Of a DNA stretch of 64,000 bases, positions 19,532 through 30,356 are shown one piece after another. Both the position numbers and the translations under genes were made by a program. Source of the DNA: Clostridiales bacterium UBA1742 (GTDB lineage: Bacteria; Bacillota; Clostridia; TANB77; CAG-508). Positions within the stretch are counted from its first letter, which is position 1. Every line of letters begins with the position of its first letter. The notes beneath the pieces are model-generated. The model was not told the DNA's origin. It ran no database searches and saw only the letters and a program-made list of their open reading frames with translations. The stretch spans positions 30 to 64,029 of the forward strand of contig DCHW01000049.1 in the NCBI GenBank assembly GCA_002314935.1. Reading direction: 5' to 3'.

Positions 19532-20173
19532 ATGAATAAAAGATATAGAAAAAATATGCATATAAAAACAAAAATTCTAATTAATATACAAAGAGATATA
19601 AGACATTATTTTGTTTTTTTTGCGTTATTTATAATTGGAATAATATTAGGAATAGTTTTAATTAACAATATATCTCCAGAACAAAAACAAGAAACGTTAG
19701 AATATATAGCTAAATTAGTTGATGTAGTAAGAAATAATTCTATAGAACAAAAGAATATATTAATATATTCTATAAAAAATAATTTGTTTTTGGGAATTTT
19801 ATTATGGTTTATGGGGACATCAATTATTGGACTATTAATTGTTGCTGGAATTATTTTATTTAGAGGATTGTGTTTGGGATATTCTATTTCTTCTGCTTTA
19901 GCTATATATGGAAGCGGAAAGGGGTTATTATTTGCAGTATCTTTGTTATTATCACAAAATTTAATATTTGTTCCGACAATTATTTTGATTGCAGTAAGTG
20001 GAACTAAATTTGTTAGTAATATGCTAAAAAATATAAAGAAAAATAATATTAGAATAGAAATTATAAAACACACAATATTTTGTTGGAGTATGTTTATATT
20101 TTTAATAATTTCATCTTTTGTAGAAATTTTTGTTTCAAAAAATATTTTAAAATTTTTTATAAAATATTTTTAA
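19532..20173 (+). CDS. spoIIM: stage II sporulation protein M
   Basis: 213 aa with five TM helices. SPEQKQE segment after TM1. Conserved position directly upstream of xerD. Confidence 0.7.
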   Translation: MNKRYRKNMHIKTKILINIQRDIRHYFVFFALFIIGIILGIVLINNISPEQKQETLEYIAKLVDVVRNNSIEQKNILIYSIKNNLFLGILLWFMGTSIIGLLIVAGIILFRGLCLGYSISSALAIYGSGKGLLFAVSLLLSQNLIFVPTIILIAVSGTKFVSNMLKNIKKNNIRIEIIKHTIFCWSMFIFLIISSFVEIFVSKNILKFFIKYF

Positions 20174-20249
20174 ACTATTTACTTTTTTATATTAATTTGA
20201 TATAAATATAAACATAATATCTATTCATAAAAATAAAGGAGCCAAAAAT

Positions 20250-21131
20250 ATGAATAAACAAGTTGAATCTTTTTTAGAATTCATAAAAATTGAAAAGAAA
20301 ATGTCTGAAAATACATTACAATCTTATAAAAGAGATATTACCCAGTTTGAATCTTATGTTTTAAACAATAATATTAATTATTTAAAATTGAAAAAAGATG
20401 ATATACATACATATTTAAATTATTTAGAAGGATTAAATAAAAAGCCATCTACAATTTCAAGAAATTTGGCTTCAATAAGATTATTTTATCAATTTGAATT
20501 AAGAAATAAAAAAGTAAAAGAAGATCCTACAGAAGGTGTACAATCACCTAAAATTGCTAAAAGGGTGCCAAGTATTTTAACAGCACAAGAAGTTTCTTTA
20601 CTTTTAGATCAACCTAAAAATATTGATTTAAAAGGAATAAGAGATAAGGCAATGTTAGAATTTGCATATGCAACAGGAATGAGAGTTACAGAAATAATTT
20701 CTCTTAATATTAGTGATGTTAATTTGCAAGATGGTTGTGTGCATTGTAAAAATTCTTCAAGAGAAAGAACAATTCCACTTGGATCATTATCTTTAAAAGC
20801 ATTAAAAGAATATATGGATCAGGCAAGACCAATAATGATTAAAGCTGAAAATGAAAAAGCTTTATTTGTAAATATAAATGGAAAAAGATTAACAAGACAG
20901 GGATTTTGGAAAATTATTAAATATTATAAAGATCAAGCTCATATCACAAAAGATATAACTCCACATGTTTTAAGACATTCTTTTGCAACACATTTATTAC
21001 AAAATGGTGCAGATTTGAAGTCGATTCAAAATATGTTAGGACATTCAGATATTTCATCAACACAAGTTTATATGCAATTTCAAGATGAAAGTTTGAAAAA
21101 AATATATAAAAGCGCTCATCCAAGAGCATAA
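20250..21131 (+). CDS. xerD: site-specific tyrosine recombinase XerD
   Basis: 293 aa. ATGMRVTE, HVLRHSFATHLL and LGHSDISSTQVY catalytic boxes (R-H-R-Y). Confidence 0.8.
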   Translation: MNKQVESFLEFIKIEKKMSENTLQSYKRDITQFESYVLNNNINYLKLKKDDIHTYLNYLEGLNKKPSTISRNLASIRLFYQFELRNKKVKEDPTEGVQSPKIAKRVPSILTAQEVSLLLDQPKNIDLKGIRDKAMLEFAYATGMRVTEIISLNISDVNLQDGCVHCKNSSRERTIPLGSLSLKALKEYMDQARPIMIKAENEKALFVNINGKRLTRQGFWKIIKYYKDQAHITKDITPHVLRHSFATHLLQNGADLKSIQNMLGHSDISSTQVYMQFQDESLKKIYKSAHPRA

Positions 21132-21214
21132 ACATTTTTAAAATATATTAGAGATTAATTATAATTAATCTCTATATTATTATACATTTTTTAAATTTAA
21201 GGAGGAAAAAAGTC

Positions 21215-22729
21215 ATGTCACAAATATTACCAGATATTTCAAGAACTTTTAATGAGTTTTTATTGTTACCTAATTTAACAACAGAGGAATGTATTCCTAA
21301 TAAAGTTTCATTAAGAACTCCACTAGTAAAATACAAAAAAGGAGAAGAAGCTAAATATTATGCAAATGTACCTATGGTTTCTGCAATTATGCAATCAGTT
21401 TCTGGAGAAAAAATGGGAATTGCACTTGCACGTGAAGGAGGACTTGCGTTTATATATGGTTCCCAAAGTATAAAGTCTCAAGCTGAAATGGTCTATCATG
21501 TAAAAAAACATAAGGCTGGTTTTGTAATAAGTGATTCAAATGTAAAACCTACTGCAACTTTAAAGGAAGTATTAGATATTGTTGAAACGACAGGTCATTC
21601 AACAGTTATTATTACAGATGATGGTACACCAAATGGAAAATTTTTAGGTATTGTAACTAATAAAGACTATAGATTATCTAGAGATAATCAAGATACAACG
21701 ATAGATAATTTTATGACAAAAAAAGAAAATGTTGTTTATGCAAATAAGGGAATTACATTATCTGAAGCAAATGATTTAATTTGGGAAAATAAAATAAATT
21801 GTTTACCAATACTTACTGAAGAAGGAAATTTGAAGTATCTAGTGTTTAGAAAAGATTATGAAGATAGAAAAAATAATCCAAATTCCTTATTAGATGAAAA
21901 TAAAAGATATATTGTTGGAGCAGGAATTAATACTAGAGATTATGAAGAAAGAATTCCAGCATTAGTGGAAGCTGGAGTAGATATACTTTGTATGGATTCT
22001 TCTGATGGATATTCTGTTTGGCAAAAAAATACTATTGATTTTGTAAGAGAAAAATATGGAGAAGATGTTAAAATTGGTGCAGGTAATGTTGTTGATAGAG
22101 AAGGATTTAGATATTTAGCAGATGCTGGAGCTGACTTTATAAAAGTTGGTGTAGGCGGTGGATCAATTTGTATAACTCGTGAAACTAAAGGAATTGGTAG
22201 AGGACAAGCTAGTGCATTAATGGAAGTAGTAGATGAAAGAAATAAATATTTCGATGAAACTGGTATTTATATTCCTGTATGTTCTGATGGAGGAATTGTA
22301 TATGATCATCATATTACATTAGCATTGGCAATGGGAGCAGATTATGTAATGATGGGAAGGTATTTTGCAAGATTTGACGAAAGCCCTACAAGAGTCGTTA
22401 AAATTGGAAATAATTATGTAAAAGAATATTGGGGAGAAGGTTCAAATAGAGCAAGAAATTGGCAAAGATATGATTTAGGAGGAGAGGCTAAAGATAAGTT
22501 GGCATTTGAAGAAGGAGTTGATTCATATATTCCTTATGCAGGTAGTTTAAAAGAAAATTTAGACATAACTGTTGCTAAAATAAAATCTACAATGTGTAAT
22601 TGCGGGGCAATAACAATACCAGAGCTTCATAAAAAAGCAAGACTTACAATGGTTTCTGATGTTAGTATTTCAGAAGGTGGAGCACATGATGTTATGCTAA
22701 AAGAAATAGATAATTCTTATAAATCATAA
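21215..22729 (+). CDS. guaB: IMP dehydrogenase family protein (with CBS pair)
   Basis: 504 aa. TIM-barrel with catalytic loop [15 protein letters not shown] insertion present. Convergent with guaA. Confidence 0.7.
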   Translation: MSQILPDISRTFNEFLLLPNLTTEECIPNKVSLRTPLVKYKKGEEAKYYANVPMVSAIMQSVSGEKMGIALAREGGLAFIYGSQSIKSQAEMVYHVKKHKAGFVISDSNVKPTATLKEVLDIVETTGHSTVIITDDGTPNGKFLGIVTNKDYRLSRDNQDTTIDNFMTKKENVVYANKGITLSEANDLIWENKINCLPILTEEGNLKYLVFRKDYEDRKNNPNSLLDENKRYIVGAGINTRDYEERIPALVEAGVDILCMDSSDGYSVWQKNTIDFVREKYGEDVKIGAGNVVDREGFRYLADAGADFIKVGVGGGSICITRETKGIGRGQASALMEVVDERNKYFDETGIYIPVCSDGGIVYDHHITLALAMGADYVMMGRYFARFDESPTRVVKIGNNYVKEYWGEGSNRARNWQRYDLGGEAKDKLAFEEGVDSYIPYAGSLKENLDITVAKIKSTMCNCGAITIPELHKKARLTMVSDVSISEGGAHDVMLKEIDNSYKS

Positions 22730-22734
22730 AAATA

Positions 22735-22772
22735 AAAGGCTTGTAATCCATTAAGATTATAAGCCTTTATTT
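22735..22772. terminator. bidirectional terminator between guaB and guaA
   Basis: aaaggcttgtaatc (22735-22748) pairs with gattataagccttt (22755-22768) with one G-U, followed by a T-run. Confidence 0.6.
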
Positions 22773-24308
22773 TTATTCCCATTCAATTGTTGCTGGTGGT
22801 TTTGAAGTTATATCATATACAACTCTATTAATATGCTTTACTTCGTTTACAATTCTTGATGAAACTTTTTCTAATATATCATAAGGAATTTTACTCCAAG
22901 TTGCTGTCATAAAATCTGTTGTACATACACTACGTAGAGCAAGAGTATAGTCATAAGTTCTATAATCTCCCATAACACCAACTGATTTTAAATTTGTAAG
23001 TACTGCAAAATATTGATTTAATTCTTTATCTAATCCTGCATTTGCAACTTCCTCTCTAAAAATATAATCTGCATCTTTTAATATTTCTAATTTTTCTTTT
23101 GTAATATCACCAATAATTCTTATTGCAAGACCAGGACCTGGAAATGGTTGTCTATATACTAGCTTTTCTGGAATTCCAAGTTCTAATCCAGTTTTACGAA
23201 CTTCATCTTTAAATAAATCTCTTAATGGTTCTATAATTTCCTTAAAATCTACATAATCAGGTAGCCCACCAACATTATGATGACTTTTTATAACTGCGGC
23301 TTTTCCTTTACCACTTTCTATAACGTCAGGATAAATTGTTCCTTGAACAAGAAAATCAACTTTTCCAATTTTTTTTGCTTCTTCTTCAAAAACACGTATA
23401 AATTCTTCACCAATTATTTTTCTTTTCTTTTCTGGTTCAGAAATATCTTTAAGTTTTGTTAAAAATCTTTCTTCTGCATTTACTCTAATTAAATTTATAT
23501 CGAATTGATTTCTAAAAATAGTTTCAACTTCATCACCTTCGTTTTTTCTAAGTAGTCCATGATCAACAAATATACATGTTAATTGTTTGCCAATTGCTTT
23601 ATGAAGTAGAACAGCAGCAACAGAAGAATCAACTCCACCAGAAAGAGCAAGTAATACTTTTTTATCACCGATTTTTTCTTTTAATTGTTGAATAGATTCT
23701 TCTACAAAAGAAGACATTTTCCAATCTCCACTACATTTACAAATATTATATAAGAAATTTCTTATAATTTTAGTTCCATTCTTAGTATTATTTACTTCAG
23801 CATGAAATTGAATTCCGTAAAAATTTAAATCTGTATTTTCAAATCCAGCTATAGCACAATTATCGGTATTTGCAATTTTTTTAAATCCATTAGGTAATTT
23901 ATTTACTAAATCAGTATGACTCATTAAACAAATATTTTTATTATCAAAACCTTCAAAAAGAGGGGAAGAAGTATCTAATGAAACTTCAATTTCGCCATAT
24001 TCTTTTTTGGTGCCTTTTTCAACATTACCACCTAAAGTCGCACTCATAAGTTGCATTCCATAACAAATACCTAAAATTGGAATACCTAAATTGAAAATTT
24101 CTTTATCGCAGGTTGGAGCATCTTCTTCATAAACACTTGCTGGTCCACCTGTAAAAATAATTCCTTTAGGATTAATTTCTTTTATTTTTTCGATTGATGT
24201 ATCATATGGTAAAACTTCAGAATACACATTACATTCTCTTACACGTCTAGCTATTAATTGATTAAATTGACTATAAAAATCTAAAATTACAATAGTTTCT
24301 TTTTTCAT
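22773..24308 (-). CDS. guaA: GMP synthase (glutamine-hydrolysing)
   Basis: 511 aa. GATase domain (GICYGMQL), ATP-PPase SGGVDSS, C-terminal dimerisation domain ending IEWE. Confidence 0.95.
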   Translation of the reverse strand: MKKETIVILDFYSQFNQLIARRVRECNVYSEVLPYDTSIEKIKEINPKGIIFTGGPASVYEEDAPTCDKEIFNLGIPILGICYGMQLMSATLGGNVEKGTKKEYGEIEVSLDTSSPLFEGFDNKNICLMSHTDLVNKLPNGFKKIANTDNCAIAGFENTDLNFYGIQFHAEVNNTKNGTKIIRNFLYNICKCSGDWKMSSFVEESIQQLKEKIGDKKVLLALSGGVDSSVAAVLLHKAIGKQLTCIFVDHGLLRKNEGDEVETIFRNQFDINLIRVNAEERFLTKLKDISEPEKKRKIIGEEFIRVFEEEAKKIGKVDFLVQGTIYPDVIESGKGKAAVIKSHHNVGGLPDYVDFKEIIEPLRDLFKDEVRKTGLELGIPEKLVYRQPFPGPGLAIRIIGDITKEKLEILKDADYIFREEVANAGLDKELNQYFAVLTNLKSVGVMGDYRTYDYTLALRSVCTTDFMTATWSKIPYDILEKVSSRIVNEVKHINRVVYDITSKPPATIEWE

Positions 24309-24386
24309 ATTTTATCCTCCTAAATATAGCATATATATATCATAAAAGTGGTGTATTTGCAATAATTAAAAATTTTTAAAAAACTA

Positions 24387-24415
24387 TTGACAAACGAAAA
24401 AATGTTCGTTAAAAT
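24387..24415 (+). promoter_or_regulatory. sigma-A-type promoter with an embedded LexA (SOS) box
   Basis: TTGACA (24387-24392), 17 nt spacer, TAAAAT (24410-24415). The spacer contains CGAAAAAATGTTCG (24395-24408), which matches the Firmicute CGAAC-N4-GTTCG box at 13 of 14 defined positions. A weaker half-site ATGTTCG lies at 24431-24437. Confidence 0.45.
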
Positions 24416-24454
24416 AATTGTAACAAATAAATGTTCGTAAAAAGGGTGATAAAA

Positions 24455-24751
24455 ATGAAAATTAAAAATATGGTAAAATTTATAAGAAGTATAGTGATAA
24501 TTTTATTAATAATAGGTTTTTCTTCATTAATAATTACTAAATCAATATTTTCACATGCTGAAAAAGAATATAAAACAATATATGTTGAAAGTGGAGATAC
24601 ATTATGGAATATTGCAAAGGAAGAGTCAAAAACAAATAATTATTATAAAAATAAAGATATAAGATTTATTGTAGATGATATTACAAAAGAAAATAATTTA
24701 TCTTCAAACTTTTTAATGATTAATCAAACATTAAAAATTCCAAGTATTTAA
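24455..24751 (+). CDS. YneA-like LysM-domain membrane protein (candidate SOS cell-division inhibitor)
   Basis: 98 aa from ATG 24455. N-terminal TM helix plus C-terminal LysM (YVESGDTLWNIAKE...INQTLKIP). Sits behind a LexA-box promoter. Confidence 0.5.
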   Translation: MKIKNMVKFIRSIVIILLIIGFSSLIITKSIFSHAEKEYKTIYVESGDTLWNIAKEESKTNNYYKNKDIRFIVDDITKENNLSSNFLMINQTLKIPSI

Positions 24752-24754
24752 AAA

Positions 24755-24786
24755 TAAACACTATAAAACCTAATTTATAGTGTTTA
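24755..24786. terminator. bidirectional terminator
   Basis: taaacactataaa (24755-24767) pairs with tttatagtgttta (24774-24786). Confidence 0.6.
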
Positions 24787-24795
24787 CTAATAACT

Positions 24796-25776
24796 TTATT
24801 TTTTTAAATTTGCAAGAGGGTTGCTTTCAACTGCATTTCTAATTTGAAGATTATCTACATGGGTATAAATTTCTGTTGTTGAAATACTTTCGTGTCCTAA
24901 CAATTCCTGCAAAGCTCTAATATCAACATTTCCATATTGATACATTAATGTTGCTGCTGTATGTCTTAATTTATGTACAGAATATTTATTTATGTCTAAT
25001 CCAGATCTTAAAAGTTCTTTTTTTACTATTAACTGTACAGTTCTATTACTAATTCTTTCACGTCTTTCACTTAAAAACAAGGCATCTTTAGAATCATATT
25101 TAATTCCTTCTTTAGGTCTTTCTGTCAAATAATCATTTAAAGCATTAATACAAGATGTATTTAAATAAATTGCTCTTTCTTTATTTCCTTTTCCAATAAC
25201 ATTTAATTTTGCTTCACTAAAAGTTATGTCTTTTATATTTATATTAACTAATTCAGACAAACGCATTCCACAGTTTAAAAATAGTGTTATAATAGCATAA
25301 TCTCTTTTTGCATTTCTATTATCATCAGATGAAGCACTTTCTAAAAGCTTTTTACTTTCATCTAATGTTAAATATTTTGGCATTCTTTTTCCAAGTTTTG
25401 GAGTTTCTAAATTTTGAGCAGGATTTACATTAATTAGATTTGCTTTTAAAGAAAGATATTTAAAGAAAATTCTTATTGTAGAAATTTTTCTGGCACGTGT
25501 AGCAGGTTTACTTCTAAGAATAGTAGCCATATATGAAATATATTTATGAATATCCTCTAAAGATATTTTTTTAATATAATCAATAGATAAATCATTAATA
25601 AATATTTTAGTATAATCAATTTCTTTTGTTAATCCAAATTCTATTTTTATAAATTTCAAAAAATTTGTAATATCATAATTATATTCTTTAATACTGTTTG
25701 GTGATTTATTTAAAATAGTTATACTATAATCTAAAAATGAATTTAAATAATCTGGATTTAAATTTCTATCTATCAT
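24796..25776 (-). CDS. tyrosine recombinase, XerC/CodV-like
   Basis: 326 aa. CGMRLSEL, HKLRHTAATLMY and LGHESISTTEIYTHV catalytic boxes. Confidence 0.7.
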   Translation of the reverse strand: MIDRNLNPDYLNSFLDYSITILNKSPNSIKEYNYDITNFLKFIKIEFGLTKEIDYTKIFINDLSIDYIKKISLEDIHKYISYMATILRSKPATRARKISTIRIFFKYLSLKANLINVNPAQNLETPKLGKRMPKYLTLDESKKLLESASSDDNRNAKRDYAIITLFLNCGMRLSELVNINIKDITFSEAKLNVIGKGNKERAIYLNTSCINALNDYLTERPKEGIKYDSKDALFLSERRERISNRTVQLIVKKELLRSGLDINKYSVHKLRHTAATLMYQYGNVDIRALQELLGHESISTTEIYTHVDNLQIRNAVESNPLANLKK

Positions 25777-25968
25777 TTTATATTATCTCCTTCTAAATAG
25801 TTATTTCTAAAGTAATTTTAGACTATTTAAATAGTAAAGTCAATTATATAAAAATAAATAAATTTTTGAGAGAATATTTATTGTTTTAATAAAAAATATA
25901 ATATATAATAACTATAAAATAAGATGTTTTTTACAAATGATTTAAATTAAAGGAGATATACATAAGAT

Positions 25969-27942
25969 ATGGACAATTTTTCAAATCAAAATAAAAATGA
26001 TGTACTTAAACAATTAGGAGTTAAGGTCTTAAATTCTAATAATGAGTGTGTAGAAGAATATACAAATGTTAGAATTTCGGATATAGAGTTCTATATAATA
26101 AATGAAAATAAAGAAAAACTAAAATCTATATTTGAATTTTTAGAACAACAAAACAAAAATTATGCAATACAATTAGCAGAAAATTTTGGAAAAAATATAG
26201 CTATTATTATTAATAATGGTTGGGAATGTGAGAATTTACAAAGTAGAGAAGAATATTTAATAACAGGTGAATTTTTACCAAGTGCATTTTTTAATATTAT
26301 AGAAATGCAGAAAAAAATTGAAGAAGAATATTCAGATAATCCTGAAAAAGCAAATTTAGCTTTATGGGAAATAAGGAGAAAATATACAAGTCAAGTTATG
26401 CACATTGCATCATGTATTAAAGTTGTACAAAATGCAATGAAATTCCTTGAAAAAGACCAGAATGAAATTAATAATGTATTAGAAAAATTTATAGATAGTT
26501 TTACAGAAACATTGGATTTGAAGAAAATAGGAGATTTAATTCAATTAAAAGAAAACATAATAGTAGAAACAATATTAAAAGAATTTATGGATAATCAAAA
26601 TTGGGCAGAAAAAATGGCTAAAGTTGATTATAAAAACATAAATAAAGATATATTAGATTTTCATATTAATAATAATGAATTTTATTCTGAGGTTTCTAAA
26701 AAAATATATAAAAGAATAAATAATAAACAAATAATAGATAATGATAAAATTTTAACGAAAAATTTTATCACTTATGTTTGCAATAAAGCAAATGAATTAT
26801 ATAATCAAATTTTAAAAGATGGAATAAAACCAATTATACAAATACTTTCAGAAGAGAAAAAAAGAGTAGAAAATATAGAGATATATAATGCAAACGAATA
26901 CATAAAAAAAATGATAGCATCACAATTAAACTTTGATAAATTATTGTTTAATAATAAATATAATTTGTTAAAATGGAATTCTAACCCTGATATAGAAAGG
27001 GAAAGTCATATAATAAAAACAATAATTGAGGATGAAAAACATTTAAATTTTGATAAAAATTTAATAGAGACTTTGTTTGGAAATCCTTTAAAAATAGAAT
27101 CAGAATATGATTATGAACAATGGAAAAATTTTTTGTATTACGATTCGCACGGAATAAAAAAATTTGATACCATTTTCTTTGAAGAAGAATTTAAATTTAA
27201 TTATGATAAAGAAAAAAATTCAATAAAAAAATTTTTTCAATCGTTTAAATATAAAAGATTAAAAAATTCAAAAGAATTAGAGGATGTATACGTAAAAAAA
27301 GCTCGACAAATTATAAAGGAAAAATTATTTGACAACCCTAAAAATACATCTGAGGTTTTACCTTTTGTAGAAAATATAATGATAAATTATATAAATCAAT
27401 ACGAATGTATAAAAGAAGTAGAAGATACTACAAGAATGATACTAAAGTCACTTTCTAAATCAGACATTGAAAAGTTAAATGTTGCAAATGAATGTAAAAT
27501 ATTGAGAAGTGAATTTAAAAATAATGTTCAACAAGTTAAATTAGAAGTTGAGTATAGACAATGTGATATAAATATTGAATTTGACGATATCAAGGTTCAA
27601 GCAAGATCTTTTAAAGAAATATCTAATGAAATAGAAAATTTACAAAACTCATATATATCTTCATATGAAAATGCTAAAAATTCAGAGGATTATATAAAGA
27701 AAATTTCCAAAATATATACTGATTTTTTATTCTTAAAGCCATATGAGGATGGAAATAAAAGAACAGCAATATGTTTATTTAATAAAATGATATTAGCTAA
27801 TAAATTAATTCCCCCATGCATTAGTTTGATAAATAAAGAAAGTTTAATAGAGGCATATAAGAAAGCATATAAGAATAACGATTATACAATGATTGAAGAT
27901 TTAATATTAGCTAGATATAAAAAACTTAAAAATAATTTATGA
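25969..27942 (+). CDS. large hypothetical protein with a C-terminal Fic/DOC-like segment carrying a degenerate motif
   Basis: 657 aa. Near the C-terminus LKPYEDGNKRTAI aligns with the Fic motif HPFx(D/E)GN(G/K)R, but Lys replaces the catalytic His. Confidence 0.45.
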   Translation: MDNFSNQNKNDVLKQLGVKVLNSNNECVEEYTNVRISDIEFYIINENKEKLKSIFEFLEQQNKNYAIQLAENFGKNIAIIINNGWECENLQSREEYLITGEFLPSAFFNIIEMQKKIEEEYSDNPEKANLALWEIRRKYTSQVMHIASCIKVVQNAMKFLEKDQNEINNVLEKFIDSFTETLDLKKIGDLIQLKENIIVETILKEFMDNQNWAEKMAKVDYKNINKDILDFHINNNEFYSEVSKKIYKRINNKQIIDNDKILTKNFITYVCNKANELYNQILKDGIKPIIQILSEEKKRVENIEIYNANEYIKKMIASQLNFDKLLFNNKYNLLKWNSNPDIERESHIIKTIIEDEKHLNFDKNLIETLFGNPLKIESEYDYEQWKNFLYYDSHGIKKFDTIFFEEEFKFNYDKEKNSIKKFFQSFKYKRLKNSKELEDVYVKKARQIIKEKLFDNPKNTSEVLPFVENIMINYINQYECIKEVEDTTRMILKSLSKSDIEKLNVANECKILRSEFKNNVQQVKLEVEYRQCDINIEFDDIKVQARSFKEISNEIENLQNSYISSYENAKNSEDYIKKISKIYTDFLFLKPYEDGNKRTAICLFNKMILANKLIPPCISLINKESLIEAYKKAYKNNDYTMIEDLILARYKKLKNNL

Positions 27943-28386
27943 TATTAATAAATAAGCTAAATTAGAAAATGAGGAATAGAATGAATGAAATGAAAATGTG
28001 GAAAAATTCACAATTGTAGTATAAAAGAAGTTATTATTGAAGAAATTGCAATAAAATATTCAAAGTATTTAAAAGATAGGTTTACTGTTTTATGGATTAA
28101 CTAGAATAATCTCATTTAAGGAAAAGATATAAATTTGATAAAAGATATTTATTGTTGACTTTTTACCTGAATCTGAATTATTATATATGTAAAGTATAAA
28201 AACTATATTTTAATAGGTTATTAATTAACAAAAATTTTATATATAGAATAACTTTAAAAAATAATTCAGAGATATATAATAATTAGTTTGATATATACAA
28301 ATATGTTTATTAACAGATAGAGATTAGTTTTTAAACCAACTAATCTTTTTACGGTATAATTGTATAAAAGATGAAAGGAAATAATT

Positions 28387-28893
28387 ATGGATTTAATTTA
28401 CAAGGAAATTGAAAAAAAAGACAAAGTACAATTATATAGTTTAATAAATATTGTTCTTGAGGGGATAGAAGATAAATTACAGTTTATACCATATGAAAAA
28501 TGGGAATTAGAATGCATATTTGATAAAAAAAATTATGCATTATTACATGGAGCATATAATGGAAATAAATTGGTTGGTATGTCTCAACTTTATGTTTGTC
28601 AAGATATGCTTGCTAATTTGAAAAATGAATTTGAAATTTCTAATTTTAAAGTATGTGAATTAGCTAATGATTTAGTTTTGCCAGAATATAGAAATAATGG
28701 AATTGCTACTAACTTACAATTATTACAATTAGATTTTGCGAAAAAAATGAAATTTGATTATTGTATTGCAACTGTTCATCCAGATAATATAGCTAGCTTA
28801 AAAACTTTAGAAAAAATTGGTATGAAATTTATTAAAGAGACAGTATTATTAAATAATTATTTAAGAAAATTATATATACTAAAATTAAATTAA
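28387..28893 (+). CDS. GNAT family N-acetyltransferase
   Basis: 168 aa. Acetyl-CoA motif A-like LPEYRNNGIATNL. Confidence 0.7.
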   Translation: MDLIYKEIEKKDKVQLYSLINIVLEGIEDKLQFIPYEKWELECIFDKKNYALLHGAYNGNKLVGMSQLYVCQDMLANLKNEFEISNFKVCELANDLVLPEYRNNGIATNLQLLQLDFAKKMKFDYCIATVHPDNIASLKTLEKIGMKFIKETVLLNNYLRKLYILKLN

Positions 28894-29030
28894 ACTATAA
28901 AAAAGAAGACTTTAAAAGTTAAATTAGAAAAAAATATATAAATAGAGAAAAATAATTATTTGCAATTATGTGGAAAAGCAAATATATAAATTTAAATTAA
29001 ATGTAAAATAAGAAAGGAATTTTTGTTATT

Positions 29031-29777
29031 ATGGCTTTTATGGGTAGAGGGGATTTTCCATCTATGAGAGGTGGTGAATTAGGAACAAGTAAAAATAACC
29101 ATCATGGTTATTATAGAAGACCGTATTTTTATAGAAGATTTTTTTATTATATTCCATTGGATAATACATATGTAATAATGCAAATGATAGTAACATTTAT
29201 TATCTTTATAATAGGTGGACTAACTTTTATATCAACATATAAATCATCTGTTTTAGATCCAATAGAAAATACTAAATCATTATTTTTAAATACACATTTA
29301 ATAATAATAGCTATTTTTTTAATATTATCATTTATAATTAACTATTCATCCAAAAATGAATATACATTACTGAAAAGACTAACCGTATTTTTATTAATAT
29401 CTATGCTAATAATGATAATATTCCTTGGAATAAAATTAAATTTAGATTTGACATATACAAGAGATTTTTTCGAACAATTTTATACAGAACAAAATATAGA
29501 AGATATATCATCTGAAAATGATATTACAAAATCTAAAATTGATATTGGAATTACAGGAATAAGTATGAAAACAGAAAAGGAATATTATGTTGATGAATGT
29601 GTAAAATTGTATAGCATATTTAAAATAAAATCATATGGTACTTTACTATTACATCTATTACTTAATATTTTAGTTGTTGTTCAAATATCGAAAATTTCTA
29701 AAATACAATCTAAAAAGGAACAAATGAATAAAAATGATGCAATACTATTTGATGAAGAACAAAATGTAAAATTTTAA
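29031..29777 (+). CDS. membrane protein, hypothetical
   Basis: 248-aa ORF with about five TM helices. No family recognised. Confidence 0.45.
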   Translation: MAFMGRGDFPSMRGGELGTSKNNHHGYYRRPYFYRRFFYYIPLDNTYVIMQMIVTFIIFIIGGLTFISTYKSSVLDPIENTKSLFLNTHLIIIAIFLILSFIINYSSKNEYTLLKRLTVFLLISMLIMIIFLGIKLNLDLTYTRDFFEQFYTEQNIEDISSENDITKSKIDIGITGISMKTEKEYYVDECVKLYSIFKIKSYGTLLLHLLLNILVVVQISKISKIQSKKEQMNKNDAILFDEEQNVKF

Positions 29778-29793
29778 ATTATAGGAGTTTTAT

Positions 29794-30282
29794 ATGTCAG
29801 ATGAAGAAAAACAATTTGCAATAAAAATAAATGTAGATAAAGCTAAAAATAAAAGTATTCCACTTATTTTATTAATTAGTATTAGTATATTAACATATAT
29901 TCCACCACTTATAGTTGGAGAGTTCGATTTTGGAATAGTGTTTGAAGTTATTTCATTTTTATTTCTTTTAATAGCAATAAAATATATGAAAAATTATGAT
30001 GAGATAAGATCAAAAAGATATGTGGTATATGCTATAATCCCAATAGGCTGGCTATTAATCTATGACTTAATTGCTATGATTTCATCTTTGAAAAATTTTA
30101 TTGATTTTTTATTTTTGGGATATGATTATTATTTTAGTGAAATTTTATTAATTGTATATATACTTGTATTATTTAAAATAAATAAAGATTTAGCAAAAGC
30201 TGATAACCCAATTAAATATAAAGAGAGTACAGATTGGTTCTATGAAACTTTAAGTGAAAAAGATAGAATGAAAAAGCTTTAA
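29794..30282 (+). CDS. membrane protein, hypothetical
   Basis: 162-aa ORF after RBS TAGGAG, with four TM helices. Confidence 0.45.
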   Translation: MSDEEKQFAIKINVDKAKNKSIPLILLISISILTYIPPLIVGEFDFGIVFEVISFLFLLIAIKYMKNYDEIRSKRYVVYAIIPIGWLLIYDLIAMISSLKNFIDFLFLGYDYYFSEILLIVYILVLFKINKDLAKADNPIKYKESTDWFYETLSEKDRMKKL

Positions 30283-30356
30283 GATGGAAATAGATGAAAA
30301 TATTGTAAAAAAATTTTTCTTATGATATAAGAAAAAACAAAAAGGAGATGTTTTTT

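Noticed and set aside
24309-24386. Purine or guanine riboswitch upstream of guaA
   Set aside because: The guaA leader is under 100 nt of AT-rich sequence with no conserved riboswitch helices. The region is better explained by the divergent LexA-box promoter.
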